A stretch of 64,000 bases of DNA from Desulfosudaceae bacterium (GTDB taxonomy: Bacteria; Desulfobacterota; Desulfobacteria; Desulfobacterales; Desulfosudaceae). Below the pieces are notes generated by a model. It was given only the letters and a program-made list of their open reading frames with translations. It was not told where the DNA came from and searched no databases. The translations under genes were made by a program, and so were the position numbers. Of this stretch, positions 1 to 10,609 are shown piece after piece. Where the stretch lies: contig CAXXDV010000003.1 of the NCBI GenBank assembly GCA_963674745.2, positions 2,304,001 to 2,368,000 of the forward strand, read 5' to 3'. Positions within the stretch are counted from its first letter, which is position 1. Each line of letters begins with the position of its first letter.

Positions 1-56
1 TTCAGGGTATCAGGAAGCGAGCCGCCGGGGGACAACCGTAACCTGACAAAAAAATA

Positions 57-857
57 ATGACATCAAAAATATATAGAAAAAACAGCCTCTCCTTTATTTT
101 CATTAACTTCTGCCTTTTATGGCTGGCCGTGCCTTCCACATCAAATGCGCAGGCGGCTGAGACATCCGATCGGATAAAAACCATTTTCGATCAGGGATGG
201 GCACTGGAAAGCCAAATGCATATTGACCTTAAAAATCTTGACAGGGCCATCGCGCTTTATGAAAAAGCCATCGACATAGCGCCGGAAAATGCCGAAGCCA
301 GATGGCGCCTGGCCGAAGTCATTTTCAAAAAATCAGAAGAGACAAAAGACGAACAGGAACGGGAAAACATGGTCAACCGTTCCCTGGCCCTTGCCGAACA
401 GGCCCTGGAACTAAACCCCGAATCCGTGGGCGGCATGTACTGGGCCGGGGTTGCCCTGGCCAGGCTGGCGGATATGTCGGGCATCTTTTCAGCTATGAAG
501 CAGATCAAACGTTCCAAGGCCTATCTGCACCAGGCCATTAAAACGGATCCGGACCATCGGCTGTCCGTCCTGTCAGGCGTTGTCCTGGCCCTGATTTATT
601 CCCAATCGCCCTGGCCGTTAAAAGACATGGACCAGGCAACAGACCTGGCCCATTGGGCGGTCAAAAAAGATCCCGATCTTACGATAGCCAGCCTCAGCCT
701 GGCTAAAGTTTATCTGGCCGAAGGAAATGCCGACCTGGCCGCAAAAATGCTGGGAAAATGCCTGGCCACAAAAGATCCCACCTATGTCTGGGACGCTATT
801 CTCTATGACTGGCCCGAGGCCAAAACCCTTCTGGCCGGTATCAGACAACAGGAATAA
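57..857 (+). CDS. Exported tetratricopeptide-repeat protein
   Basis: N-terminal signal-like segment; TPR-like helices (AIALYEKAIDIAPENAEARWRLA). Confidence 0.75.
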   Translation: MTSKIYRKNSLSFIFINFCLLWLAVPSTSNAQAAETSDRIKTIFDQGWALESQMHIDLKNLDRAIALYEKAIDIAPENAEARWRLAEVIFKKSEETKDEQERENMVNRSLALAEQALELNPESVGGMYWAGVALARLADMSGIFSAMKQIKRSKAYLHQAIKTDPDHRLSVLSGVVLALIYSQSPWPLKDMDQATDLAHWAVKKDPDLTIASLSLAKVYLAEGNADLAAKMLGKCLATKDPTYVWDAILYDWPEAKTLLAGIRQQE

Positions 858-924
858 ACGTCTTATCAAATACCTCATATGAATCAAATCTGAAAAAATA
901 TGATTTGACGCCAAAGGTGATATC

Positions 925-1809
925 GTGCGCCAAAAAGAAATAGTGGCACATCATCAGGGCCGGTCGGTGACGATAATCGGTGCGGCTGTCAATACCGTCA
1001 TGATCGGCCTGAAATTGGTCACCGGTATTTTGGGCCAAAGCAGCGCCCTGATCGCCGACGCCGTACACAGCCTCTCCGACCTTGCGACAGATGTGATTGT
1101 GCTGGTCGGGCTGTGGATCGGGCAAAAACCGCCGGATGAAAGGCACCATTTCGGCCACGCCCGAATCGAAACAATCGCTTCAGTCGCGGTCGGTGTTGCC
1201 CTGATCGCAACGGCGGCCTATATCGGGTTGGCGGCATCCCAGGATATTTACTATCACCGGGAACATCATCCCACCGGCCTGGCGCTCGTCGGCGCCGGAT
1301 TGTCAATCGTCTTAAAAGAATTTTTATACCGCTACACGGTCCGTGTGGGACGTTTAATCAAAAGCCGGCTGCTGGAGGCCAATGCCTGGCATCATCGGTC
1401 CGACGCGCTCTCTTCCATAGCCGTTTTTCTGGGTGTCGCCGGTACCATGATTCATCCCTCCTGGCACGTCCTTGATGCCTTTGCCGCACTTCTGGTTTCA
1501 TTTTTTATTGTCAAAGTGGGGCTTGACATAATCGCCGGTTCTTTGGCGGAGCTGACAGATGCCGCACCGGCATCCGAAGTCGTTCAGAAAATCGACGCCT
1601 GCGCCTTGTCGGTTGATCCGGTCCAGGCCACCCATGATCTTCGTGTTCGCAGCTCCGGCGGTCGTTACCAGGTGGAAATTCATATTGTGGTTGACGGCAC
1701 GCTTCCCGTCCATAAGGGTCACGCCATCGCGAAAACAGTGGAAGATTGTATCAAGCGGGATGTTGCAGGTGTTGACCGCATCATCGTGCATGTGGATCCG
1801 GCTGAATAA
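925..1809 (+). CDS. Cation diffusion facilitator (FieF-like) transporter
   Basis: SSALIADAVHSLSD, H-FGH-R-E and HHRSDA motifs; C-terminal IVHVDP. Confidence 0.92.
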   Translation: MRQKEIVAHHQGRSVTIIGAAVNTVMIGLKLVTGILGQSSALIADAVHSLSDLATDVIVLVGLWIGQKPPDERHHFGHARIETIASVAVGVALIATAAYIGLAASQDIYYHREHHPTGLALVGAGLSIVLKEFLYRYTVRVGRLIKSRLLEANAWHHRSDALSSIAVFLGVAGTMIHPSWHVLDAFAALLVSFFIVKVGLDIIAGSLAELTDAAPASEVVQKIDACALSVDPVQATHDLRVRSSGGRYQVEIHIVVDGTLPVHKGHAIAKTVEDCIKRDVAGVDRIIVHVDPAE

Positions 1810-1872
1810 CGGAAGATCGAATAAAAAAGCTTGGGCATATATTTTGACAATATACCCAAGCTTATTTTTTTG

Positions 1873-1949
1873 TGGTGGGCACGGCTGGACTTGAACCAGC
1901 GACTTCTACCGTGTCGAGGTAGCGCTCTAGCCAACTGAGCTACGCGCCC
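1873..1949 (-). tRNA. tRNA-Val(GAC)
   Basis: Reverse complement GGGCGCGTAGCTCAGTTGGCTAGAGCG...CTACC-TC-GAC-AC-GGTAG...GGTTCAAGTCC...GCCCACCA; cloverleaf with encoded CCA. Confidence 0.96.
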
Positions 1950-2015
1950 ATCAAAACGCTTCAAGCCCTTATATTTAAACTGAGGGACCGCCGCTGTCAA
2001 GGAAAAAACAGAAAA

Positions 2016-3122
2016 CTAGATCTTTTCCAGCGTGTATGTCCTGTTCCCCAAACCAAGCTCCTGGCCGTATTCCAGCTGGATTTCCCAGTCGATATAGGGA
2101 TACAGGCCTTTGATCTTATCCTCTCCGGCAGCCCTGTTTTCCTTGAGATGGGAGCCCGGCAGGGCCTGTTCCTGATTGATCAGGTCCATGCAGGCCTGAT
2201 CAAGGGCAATCGGGTCCTTTGAAGCCAGGATGCCGATATCCCTGACAATGGGCGCGTCATTATAGGGGAAACAGTCGCAGGCCGGGGCGACATCCGTAAT
2301 AAAATTAATAAACAGGGCCTTTTCTTTCTTGTCTTTCAGAACCCCTTCCGTGTACTCGACCATGCTTTCCAGAAAAGAGGGCACGGACTGATTCCATTGA
2401 ATCTGGACCGCACCGCTGGGACAGACGACAATACATTCACCACACCCCACACAAACCTCGGGGTTGACCTTGGCTTTCTTCTCCACCAGGGTAATGGCCC
2501 CGGACGCGCAGTGGGCCGCGCATTCTCCGCAGCCGATACACTTTTTCGCTTTAACCTCCGGAGAAACCGTAGAGTGCTGCGCCATTTTCCCACGGCGGGA
2601 AGCGCACCCCATGCCCGTATTCTTAATGGCGCCGCCGAACCCGGCCAGTTCATGGCCCTTGAAATGCGCGACTGAGATATAAGCATCGGCCCGTGCAATC
2701 TCGGAAGCGATATAGACTTCTTTGAACTGTTTCCGATTGATTTCAACACCGACCTCGGATTTGCCTTTCAATCCGTCTGCAATGATCAGGGGCGCGTTAA
2801 CAACCGAATAGGCGAATCCGTTACGGGTGGCTGTTTCAAGGTGGTGAACGGCATCACTGCGTGTGCCGGCGTATAATGTGTTGGCGTCCGTCAAAAAAGG
2901 CACCGCTTTTAATTCCTTGAGGTCATCGACCACTTTGCGCAAAAAATTGGGCCGAATATATGCGGTATTGCCCAGCTCGCCGAAATGCAGCTTGACCGCC
3001 ACCAGGTCTCTGGCCGCGACCACCTCCTCAACACCGGCGGACTTCATCAAGCGGCCCAGCTTGGCCACCAGATTTTCCTTATAAGTCGCCGACAAATCAA
3101 TAAAATAAACGGTGCTTGACAT
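2016..3122 (-). CDS. DUF362-family Fe-S protein with 2x[4Fe-4S] ferredoxin insert
   Basis: VAVKLHFGE, HFKGH..GFGGAIKN, two CxxCxxCxxxC motifs, CDC. Confidence 0.88.
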   Translation of the reverse strand: MSSTVYFIDLSATYKENLVAKLGRLMKSAGVEEVVAARDLVAVKLHFGELGNTAYIRPNFLRKVVDDLKELKAVPFLTDANTLYAGTRSDAVHHLETATRNGFAYSVVNAPLIIADGLKGKSEVGVEINRKQFKEVYIASEIARADAYISVAHFKGHELAGFGGAIKNTGMGCASRRGKMAQHSTVSPEVKAKKCIGCGECAAHCASGAITLVEKKAKVNPEVCVGCGECIVVCPSGAVQIQWNQSVPSFLESMVEYTEGVLKDKKEKALFINFITDVAPACDCFPYNDAPIVRDIGILASKDPIALDQACMDLINQEQALPGSHLKENRAAGEDKIKGLYPYIDWEIQLEYGQELGLGNRTYTLEKI

Positions 3123-3204
3123 ATGGAACCTCCTCTTTGCCTATGAAATACTTGATTTTGGATCAGTCTAACAGCAGAAACGGGGGGTGGTCAAGGGGAT
3201 AGCT

Positions 3205-3248
3205 GTTGAGGGGTTGAGGGGTTGATGGGTTGATGGGTTGAGGGGTTG
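3205..3248. repeat. Short tandem repeat of ~8-nt GGGTTGA(G/T) units
   Basis: gttgaggggttgaggggttgatgggttgatgggttgaggggttg. Confidence 0.8.
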
Positions 3249-3267
3249 CAGGCTGTTCACAAATGTT

Positions 3268-3325
3268 GTAGGGGCGGCCCCCTGTGGCCGCCCGGTGAAG
3301 GGCACCCACAGGGGGGTGCCCCTAC
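3268..3325. repeat. GTAG-type REP doublet (REPIN-like)
   Basis: GTAG-GGGCGGCC-ccctgt-GGCCGCCC and an inverted copy ending GGTGCCC-CTAC. Confidence 0.8.
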
Positions 3326-3478
3326 GTGATTATGATTTAAGGTACCGGAGAGGCAATTATCCTAGAAAGACCTGAGAGGAAGTCCTAAAACTTTAACACC
3401 CTAAAACCTTTAACGCTATGTTATTTATAGGACTGGTCCCGGAGAAGGCCGGGTGAGAGCCACTAAACGACTAAACAC

Positions 3479-3844
3479 TTACATCAAAACCGCGTTAAAG
3501 GCGTTTTTGAACAGTTCTACCGATTCGCCTTCGCCCTTGATCACCACCACGTCAAATCTCACTTTGACATCGTAAGTTCTGGTCTGCTTTAAATAGTGCT
3601 GGGCCAGCCGGGTAATCTTCATTTGTTTTGTTTTGGTGATACTTGATTTCACACTGCCGGCACGTTCTGTTTTACGGGCCTTGACTTCCACAAATACAAT
3701 GGCCTGCCCGTCCCGAGCGATAATATCGATTTCGCCCAGCCGGGTGCGGTAATTACGCTGCAGGATCTCATACCCCTTTTTTTTGAGATACCTGGCGGCA
3801 AGGTCTTCGCTTTTCTGTCCGTACTGCTGGTTCTGGTTCAGCAT
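3479..3844 (-). CDS. yraN: YraN family endonuclease-like protein
   Basis: RNYRTRLGEIDIIA, IVFVEVKAR, RFDVV. Confidence 0.93.
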   Translation of the reverse strand: MLNQNQQYGQKSEDLAARYLKKKGYEILQRNYRTRLGEIDIIARDGQAIVFVEVKARKTERAGSVKSSITKTKQMKITRLAQHYLKQTRTYDVKVRFDVVVIKGEGESVELFKNAFNAVLM

Positions 3845-3868
3845 TTAGCCCTCCCTGGCTTTTCTATA

Positions 3869-4456
3869 TTACGCCTTTACCGTAAAAGTGGTGCGGTGAA
3901 TGGGCGTGGGACCGTATTTCAGCACGGCCTCGCGGTGTGCTTTGGTGGGATAGCCCTTATGGCTGGCAAAGCCGTATTCAGGATAATCAAGATGATATTG
4001 GGCCATCATCCGGTCCCGGGTCACTTTGGCAATAATGGAGGCGGCGGCAATGGAGATACTGAGGCTGTCACCCTTAACAATTGGCTGCTGATCGACCGGA
4101 ACGGGGATGCCGAAATTTCCGTCAATCAGGAGATAATCGGCCCGGGGGGAAAGGTTCTGTACCGCCATGGCCATGGCCATTAGCGTCGCCTGCAGAATAT
4201 TAATGCGGTCGATCTCAACCGCGTCGACAATACCGATACCGATGGTTACGGCATTATCATAGATCTGCTCGTATAAGAACGCCCGTTTTTTCGGCGTCAA
4301 CCGTTTCGAATCATTGATCAGAGGATTGGTGTAATCCGCCGGCAGTACTACGGCAGCGGAAACCACCGGTCCTGCCAAAGGGCCCCGGCCGGCTTCGTCT
4401 ATGCCGGCGACAGTGGAAAACCCGTCACCGGCCGCCCTGGTTTCAAACGTTCTCAT
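3869..4456 (-). CDS. rnhB: Ribonuclease HII
   Basis: GIDEAGRGPLAGPV, DSK, SIAAASIIAKVTRD. Confidence 0.97.
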   Translation of the reverse strand: MRTFETRAAGDGFSTVAGIDEAGRGPLAGPVVSAAVVLPADYTNPLINDSKRLTPKKRAFLYEQIYDNAVTIGIGIVDAVEIDRINILQATLMAMAMAVQNLSPRADYLLIDGNFGIPVPVDQQPIVKGDSLSISIAAASIIAKVTRDRMMAQYHLDYPEYGFASHKGYPTKAHREAVLKYGPTPIHRTTFTVKA

Positions 4457-4490
4457 GAATCTATCGCCGGTAAGCCGCGGCCAATCAGAT

Positions 4491-4838
4491 TCAAGCGGTA
4501 CGATCTTCCTGGATTTTAGCCGCCTTGCCCCTGAGTGCGCGGAAATAGTATATGCGGGATCGTCTTACCCGACCCTTTTTCTTGACTTCAATTCGATCAA
4601 TGCTCGGTGAATGTATCGGGAAAACCCGTTCCACGCCGACACCGAAAGAAGTCTTGCGCACGGTGAAAGTCGCATTGGTGGTGCCGTTGTGACGTTTAAT
4701 CACGACCCCTTCAAAAACCTGGATCCGCTCTTTTTCACCTTCCTTGATTTTCACATGCACACGGACGGTATCCCCGGATGAAAAGTCGGGGAGATCAAGC
4801 CGCATCTGCTCCTGTTCCAACTGTTTTAAAACTTGCAT
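4491..4838 (-). CDS. rplS: 50S ribosomal protein L19
   Basis: [32 protein letters not shown] at 4838 follows GGAGG. Confidence 0.97.
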   Translation of the reverse strand: MQVLKQLEQEQMRLDLPDFSSGDTVRVHVKIKEGEKERIQVFEGVVIKRHNGTTNATFTVRKTSFGVGVERVFPIHSPSIDRIEVKKKGRVRRSRIYYFRALRGKAAKIQEDRTA

Positions 4839-4897
4839 ATTTTCCTCCAAAAAACTGTATTCAGTTTGCTTTCGTTACACACATCCTAAAAAATTTT

Positions 4898-5479
4898 TTA
4901 TACTATAACATCTTTTATCAGTCTGTCCAGCATTATCGACACAGCCGAGCGTACTGAAAGGTGATTATAATCACTTTTTCCCTGCAGGGGCTCAAGGACA
5001 TAATCAGCATCCGCCAGAAAGGTGTCATCAAGGCCCCAGGCAGTCCCAAAAACCAGCAGCACGGCATTTCGGGTCAACAAATCCTGCAAAACGGGGAACC
5101 CTATGGCCCCTTCCCGATAACGGGCACTGGTTACGACCACCAGCGGGCTATCCCCTCCGGACGTGCGGATATCTTCCCTGACGGCGTCCAGATCTGCCTT
5201 TACCGTCGCCAGGCGCAAGGCTTCAGCACGCTGGGGATTATATTCAGCCCCGGCTCCCCGGGTCCAATAATTGACGATCCGTTCCGCCAGGCGGGTCTGG
5301 TCCGTCAAAGGTGTAACAATGTAATACCGCTTAACACCATAAGTTCGTGCCGACCTGGCAATATCATGTATGTCCAGGTTGGTAACCGCCGAGGCAACAA
5401 CCTTCCCTTCTTTATTGAGAACAGGATAATGCAGCAAGGCCACATAAAGCTCAGGTCGCGGTGAGGGCTTCAATTTCAC
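4898..5479 (-). CDS. SPOUT-class RNA methyltransferase (trmD-associated family)
   Basis: ALLHYPV, TNLDIHDIAR, FGTAWGL, YNHLSVRSA. Confidence 0.85.
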   Translation of the reverse strand: MKLKPSPRPELYVALLHYPVLNKEGKVVASAVTNLDIHDIARSARTYGVKRYYIVTPLTDQTRLAERIVNYWTRGAGAEYNPQRAEALRLATVKADLDAVREDIRTSGGDSPLVVVTSARYREGAIGFPVLQDLLTRNAVLLVFGTAWGLDDTFLADADYVLEPLQGKSDYNHLSVRSAVSIMLDRLIKDVIV

Positions 5480-6203
5480 GACACCACTTTTTTAGAATTT
5501 CCTTCTCCTTCTCGTCCACCGGTTGCCGGCTGAACAAATCCGGCCGTTTCAAAAATGTCCGTTTCAACGAATCCTCCAGCCGCCATTCTTCGATGGCGGC
5601 ATGATTGCCGGACAGCAGTGTTTCCGGCACCGCCTGATCTTCAAAAACCGGCGGGCGGGTATAATGGGCATGCTCCACACGATTGTCTGCGAAGGTCTCT
5701 TTTTCGGCCGACTGTTCTCCGCCCAGGGCACCCGGCAACAGCCGCGTCACAGCGTCAACCACGATCATGGCCGCCACTTCTCCGCCGGTCAGCACATAAT
5801 CTCCGACGGACAACTCTTCGTCAATAAGTGTCCGGCAAACCCGCTCGTCAACGCCTTCATATCGCCCGCAAACCAGTATCAGATCACGCGATGCCCCGGC
5901 CAGCGCTTCGGCCGTTTTCTGCGAAAAAGAACGGCCCTGGGGTGTCATCAGCACCGTCAGGGCGCCGGGATGCTGCTTTCCGGCATGTCGGATCGCGGCG
6001 ACCAAGGGTTCGGGTTTCATGACCATGCCGTTACCGCCGCCATAGGGCCGGTCATCCACCTCACGATGCCTGCCGGCTGCGAAATCCCTGATATCAATGT
6101 TGTCGGCCGTAATGGTGCCCGCCTCAACAGCCCTCCTGACAATGCCGTGCGCGAAAAAAGCCTCCAGCATTTCAGGAAAAATGGTTAAAACGGTAAAATT
6201 CAT
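5451..6203 (-). CDS. trmD: tRNA (guanosine-37-N1)-methyltransferase
   Basis: VDDRPYGGGNGMVMKPEP, CGRYEGVDER, SVGDYVLTGGE. Confidence 0.97.
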   Translation of the reverse strand: MNFTVLTIFPEMLEAFFAHGIVRRAVEAGTITADNIDIRDFAAGRHREVDDRPYGGGNGMVMKPEPLVAAIRHAGKQHPGALTVLMTPQGRSFSQKTAEALAGASRDLILVCGRYEGVDERVCRTLIDEELSVGDYVLTGGEVAAMIVVDAVTRLLPGALGGEQSAEKETFADNRVEHAHYTRPPVFEDQAVPETLLSGNHAAIEEWRLEDSLKRTFLKRPDLFSRQPVDEKEKEILKKWCREIEALTAT

Positions 6204-6733
6204 CAACCGCCCTCTTCATCCGGCATATCCGTCAGATCAACCCGCATGACACCGGATGTCAGATCGATTTCCCGGACCATGGACCTGATCGCGGGGATAA
6301 GCCTCTCTCTCCCGGTCACCTCATCATAAACCATGTATACATCATTACTGCCGGTGGGTATGATCGCCTTCACCCGGCCGAGGCAAACATCGTCAACTGT
6401 GAATACCGACAGCCCGATAATATCGACCCAGTAATAAGTGCCCTCTTCCGGCTCGGGCAAGTCCGAACGCAAAATAACCAGTTCACAGCCGATTTCATTC
6501 TCTGCTTGGCTGCGACTGGTTATTTCTTTACAGGTCAGAAGAAAGATGCGGCCGTGGGGCCGCCATCCCGTCACCGTTATTCTCCGCTGCTGCTCAGAAG
6601 GCCTTCTGATAAACAGACTTGTTCCGGTGTCTATTCCTGAGAGGTCATCCGCGTAGGGATGAATTTTGAGGTTACCGTTTACGCCGTGTACGCCGCTGAT
6701 CTTTCCGATAGAAAGATAGTCATCAGTTGCCAT
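6203..6733 (-). CDS. rimM: Ribosome maturation factor RimM
   Basis: IGKISGVHGVNG, YYWVDIIG, GSNDV; position in rpsP-trmD operon. Confidence 0.94.
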   Translation of the reverse strand: MATDDYLSIGKISGVHGVNGNLKIHPYADDLSGIDTGTSLFIRRPSEQQRRITVTGWRPHGRIFLLTCKEITSRSQAENEIGCELVILRSDLPEPEEGTYYWVDIIGLSVFTVDDVCLGRVKAIIPTGSNDVYMVYDEVTGRERLIPAIRSMVREIDLTSGVMRVDLTDMPDEEGG

Positions 6734-6742
6734 TATTGCGTA

Positions 6743-6973
6743 TTATTCAACAATCTCAAGCACTGTCCGTCTCTGCAGCTTGGCGGAGGACGCGCTCAAA
6801 ATGGTTCGCATGGCGCGAGCAGTGCGTCCCTGTTTCCCGATAATCTTCCCCAGATCTTCCTTGGCCACTTTTAATTCCAGTACTGCCGTCTGACTACCGT
6901 CCACCTCATTAACCGATACCTGATCAGGATTGTCAACAAGCGCCTTGGCAATGTACTCAATCAGATCCTTCAT
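6743..6973 (-). CDS. khpA: KH-domain RNA-binding protein KhpA
   Basis: [17 protein letters not shown]. Confidence 0.92.
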   Translation of the reverse strand: MKDLIEYIAKALVDNPDQVSVNEVDGSQTAVLELKVAKEDLGKIIGKQGRTARAMRTILSASSAKLQRRTVLEIVE

Positions 6974-7114
6974 AGCCGCATCTCCTTTAATGCCATTTGA
7001 AGTTAAAACATGTGAATCGGCACCCCAAAATCGATAGCCCGAAAATACATCTGATTATTATTATAACCGAAAATAAGGGAAAAAGTCAAAATGCAGCAAT
7101 AAATTTACCGAAAT

Positions 7115-7363
7115 TTATGCGACCGGCACACCTTCTTTGCGCAACAGGCTCTTGACGGTATCCGTCGGCAGCGCTCCCTGCCCCAGCCAATAGGTCACAC
7201 GTTCTTTTTCGACCGACACTTCGGCCGGGTCTGAAAGTGGATTATACGTCCCTACTTTTTCCAGAAAGCGACCGTCCCGGCTGAACCGCTCGTCCGCGAC
7301 AACTATCCGGAAAAAGGGTCGTTTCTTTCTGCCATGTCTTGCCAACCTGATTTTTACAGCCAT
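7115..7363 (-). CDS. rpsP: 30S ribosomal protein S16
   Basis: [38 protein letters not shown]. Confidence 0.98.
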   Translation of the reverse strand: MAVKIRLARHGRKKRPFFRIVVADERFSRDGRFLEKVGTYNPLSDPAEVSVEKERVTYWLGQGALPTDTVKSLLRKEGVPVA

Positions 7364-7376
7364 CTTTTTACTCTCC

Positions 7377-8708
7377 TTAGAACGGCATCATGCCACGGCC
7401 CAAGCCGCGCATACCGCCTTTATTAATTTTCTTCACCATCTTCATTACCTGGGTATAATTCTTGAGCAACCGATTAATATCCTGAACCGTCGTGCCGCTG
7501 CCGCGGGCAATACGTTTCCGCCGGCTGCCGTTGATAATGCCATGCCGCCTCCGCTCTTCGGCCGTCATGGAATTAATAATCGCCTCAATCTTTACAAATT
7601 CTCTGTCGTCCACCTCAAGGTTCTTGAGTTGTTTCACTTTCCCCATACCGGGGATCATATTTAGCAGATCGCCGATGGATCCCATCTTGCGGATCTGAAC
7701 CAGCTGATCCCGGAAATCATCAAGGGTAAACTCATTCTGTGACAGCTTTTTTTCAAGTTCCGCAGCCTGCTTCTCATCAACAACCTGCTGCGCCTTCTCA
7801 ATAAAAGAAAGCACATCACCCATGCCGAGAATGCTGGACGCGATCCTGTCCGGGTGAAACGCTTCCAAGGCGTTCACCTTCTCACCGACACCGACAAATT
7901 TGATCGGCTTATCGGTTACGGCCTTGATGGACAATGCGGCGCCGCCTCTGGCGTCACCATCCATCTTGGTCAGGACCACACCGCCGATGTCCAGTTGTTC
8001 GTTAAACGACTGGGCGATATTGACCGCGTCCTGCCCGGTCATGGCATCGGCCACCAGCAGGATGTCGGTCGGCGACAAGGCCGTTTTGATATCCGCCAAT
8101 TCCTGCATCAGTTCAGCGTCGACATGCAGTCGTCCGGCGGTATCCAGCAAAAGCGTGTCACACCCTGTCTGATGGGCCGCCACCCGGGCATTCTTGCAGA
8201 TATCAACCGGCTTCATGTCCGTCGAGGACGGGTAGACCGGCACATCGATCTGCTTGCCCAGCTTGACCAACTGATCAATAGCCGCCGGACGGTATACGTC
8301 CGCCGGGACCAGAAAGGGCTTGCGTTTTATGCCCTTTAAAAAAACCGCCAGCTTGGCGGCAGTGGTCGTTTTACCCGAACCCTGCAGCCCGACCAGCATA
8401 ATCGATACCGGCGTCTGGCCGTCAAGCGACAGTTCCTGGCAGGTCTCGCCCAGAAGCCTGGTCAACTCCTCGTTGACAATCTTGATGACCTGTTGGCCGG
8501 GAGTCAGGCTTTCGAGAATATCACTGCCCAGGGCGCGCTGCTTGATATCGGCAATAAAGGATTTAACCACCCGGTAATGGACATCCGCCTCCAGCAAAGC
8601 CAGCCGGATTTCCTTTAAACCCTCCTCGATATGCTTATCGGTGAGTTTTCCCTGTCCTTTCAGCTTCTTAAAAACCGCATCCAGCCGGGCGGATAAATTC
8701 TCAAACAT
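7377..8708 (-). CDS. ffh: Signal recognition particle protein
   Basis: [25 protein letters not shown]-terminal M domain. Confidence 0.98.
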   Translation of the reverse strand: MFENLSARLDAVFKKLKGQGKLTDKHIEEGLKEIRLALLEADVHYRVVKSFIADIKQRALGSDILESLTPGQQVIKIVNEELTRLLGETCQELSLDGQTPVSIMLVGLQGSGKTTTAAKLAVFLKGIKRKPFLVPADVYRPAAIDQLVKLGKQIDVPVYPSSTDMKPVDICKNARVAAHQTGCDTLLLDTAGRLHVDAELMQELADIKTALSPTDILLVADAMTGQDAVNIAQSFNEQLDIGGVVLTKMDGDARGGAALSIKAVTDKPIKFVGVGEKVNALEAFHPDRIASSILGMGDVLSFIEKAQQVVDEKQAAELEKKLSQNEFTLDDFRDQLVQIRKMGSIGDLLNMIPGMGKVKQLKNLEVDDREFVKIEAIINSMTAEERRRHGIINGSRRKRIARGSGTTVQDINRLLKNYTQVMKMVKKINKGGMRGLGRGMMPF

Positions 8709-8823
8709 ACTGCCGTGGCATCTCCATGTTTTCTAAAATTTAAAGAAAATAAATTGTTTACACAATAAAGTCAAGCAAATAATATAGCTTTTGTTTTTCT
8801 AAAATTTATTTATTATAAAAAAT

Positions 8824-9918
8824 ATGGAACATGCAATCAAAAGAACCGACAAGCCCGAAACCGGCGCTACCGCCGAATCCCGACCGGACATAAAAGACTG
8901 TTCTAAAGAACAGCTGGTGGAATGGTTGAAAGGTAACGATATCGCTTCCTACCGGGCGGACCAGATTTTCAAATGGCTTTACCAGCACCAGGCCGACTGT
9001 TTCGGCGACATGACCAACATCGCCAAACCGGTTCGGGAACTGCTCGATCAACACTTTGCTATCAACCGGTTATGCATTGAAAAAACACAGGAATCTGCCG
9101 ACGGTACCCGAAAATACCTGTTCCGGCTTGATGATGGTCATCATATCGAAACCGTCCTGATTCCAGAAGACGGCCATGACACCCTGTGTATTTCCACCCA
9201 GGTGGGCTGCGCCCAGAACTGCCGTTTCTGCCTGACCGCCCGCAACGGCTTTGCCAGGAACCTGACCCCGGCGGAAATTACCGGCCAGATCCGTGATGTC
9301 AGTCACACGCTGGGCGGGTCCCGAAAGCTGACCAATATCGTCCTGATGGGTATGGGCGAGCCGCTGGCCAATTTCAAATCCGTAATGACCGCTCTGGAGA
9401 TTATCACTGATGGCGACAACGGCATGAAAATTTCTACCCGGCGGGTGACGCTCTCGACATCCGGACTGGTACCCAAAATGGGCGCCCTGGGCGAGGCGAC
9501 AAAAATCAATCTGGCCGTTTCCCTGAACGCCACGGACAACCGCACCCGGGACTTTCTGATGCCGATCAACAAAACATATCCCATCGAGGCCCTGCTGGCG
9601 GCCTGTGCCGCCTATCCGCTCTCTCACCGGCGAAAAATCACCGTTGAGTATATCCTCATCCGAGATATCAATGACACCGAGGCGGATGCCCGGCGTCTGG
9701 TAAAACTGCTTCACCCCATTAAAGCCAAGGTCAACCTGATTCCCTTCAACGAGCATCCCCAAAGCGAATTCAAACGCCCGGATATGGACGTTGTCGACCG
9801 GTTCAAACAGATACTGCATGATCATCACTACACGGTCATGACACGGCTGAGCAAAGGCGCCGATATTTCAGCCGCCTGCGGCCAGTTGTCGGCTGATGTC
9901 GACCACTACAACCCATAA
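8824..9918 (+). CDS. rlmN: 23S rRNA/tRNA m2A methyltransferase RlmN (radical SAM)
   Basis: CISTQVGCAQNCRFC, MGMGEP, ACGQL. Confidence 0.96.
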   Translation: MEHAIKRTDKPETGATAESRPDIKDCSKEQLVEWLKGNDIASYRADQIFKWLYQHQADCFGDMTNIAKPVRELLDQHFAINRLCIEKTQESADGTRKYLFRLDDGHHIETVLIPEDGHDTLCISTQVGCAQNCRFCLTARNGFARNLTPAEITGQIRDVSHTLGGSRKLTNIVLMGMGEPLANFKSVMTALEIITDGDNGMKISTRRVTLSTSGLVPKMGALGEATKINLAVSLNATDNRTRDFLMPINKTYPIEALLAACAAYPLSHRRKITVEYILIRDINDTEADARRLVKLLHPIKAKVNLIPFNEHPQSEFKRPDMDVVDRFKQILHDHHYTVMTRLSKGADISAACGQLSADVDHYNP

Positions 9919-9935
9919 CCGCCGGAAGGAATGCC

Positions 9936-10550
9936 ATGGAGCATGATGAAACAGAGGTTAAATTTCATATACCTGATCCGGACCTGCTGAGGCAGCGGGC
10001 CGTCTCCCTCGGCGCCGTTTCCAGCGGTCGGATGTTTGAAAAAAACATCCGCTTCGAAGACGCCACCGACAGCCTTATTGCCGGCAAATCGCTCCTGCGC
10101 CTGCGTCATGACGGCAAAAACACGTTGACCTACAAACAGGCATTGACTTCAGGCGGCAATCAATTCAAGGTCTACCGGGAGATCGAAACCGGGGTCGACG
10201 ATTTTGAGGCCACCCAACGCATCCTGGAAGCATTGGGCTATTTTCCGCGACAGGTTTATCAAAAATACAGGGAGACACTGACGCTCAAGGAAACCATTCT
10301 CTGCCTGGATACCATGCCCTATGGCGATTTTCTGGAGATAGAAGGAAATAAAGACCGGATTCGTCAGTTGGCAGACCGGCTGAATCTGGACTGGGACAAG
10401 CGCATTCTGGCCACCTACCTGGAAATGTTTGCGTTCATCAAAAACGAAGCGGAACTGGGGTTTAATGATCTGACCTTTGAAAATTTCAAACCCCTCGACC
10501 GGGACTTCTCCGCCTGCTGGAAACATTTTGAACAGGGGGCGTCGATTTAA
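9936..10550 (+). CDS. CYTH-domain (class IV adenylate cyclase-like) protein
   Basis: ETEVKF, LRLR, LTYK, EIET, KYRE, FLEIEG. Confidence 0.88.
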   Translation: MEHDETEVKFHIPDPDLLRQRAVSLGAVSSGRMFEKNIRFEDATDSLIAGKSLLRLRHDGKNTLTYKQALTSGGNQFKVYREIETGVDDFEATQRILEALGYFPRQVYQKYRETLTLKETILCLDTMPYGDFLEIEGNKDRIRQLADRLNLDWDKRILATYLEMFAFIKNEAELGFNDLTFENFKPLDRDFSACWKHFEQGASI

Positions 10551-10609
10551 ACCCGGTTATCTCACGAGTCGCGTTTGCCGCAGATGCGAGGCGCAGGAAG
10601 CACATTCAT

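Noticed and set aside
1873..1949. tRNA as island integration site
   Set aside because: No repeat of its 3' end and no adjacent integrase noticed in the window.
1719..2000. 93-aa ORF
   Set aside because: Overlaps tRNA-Val and the CDF gene end.
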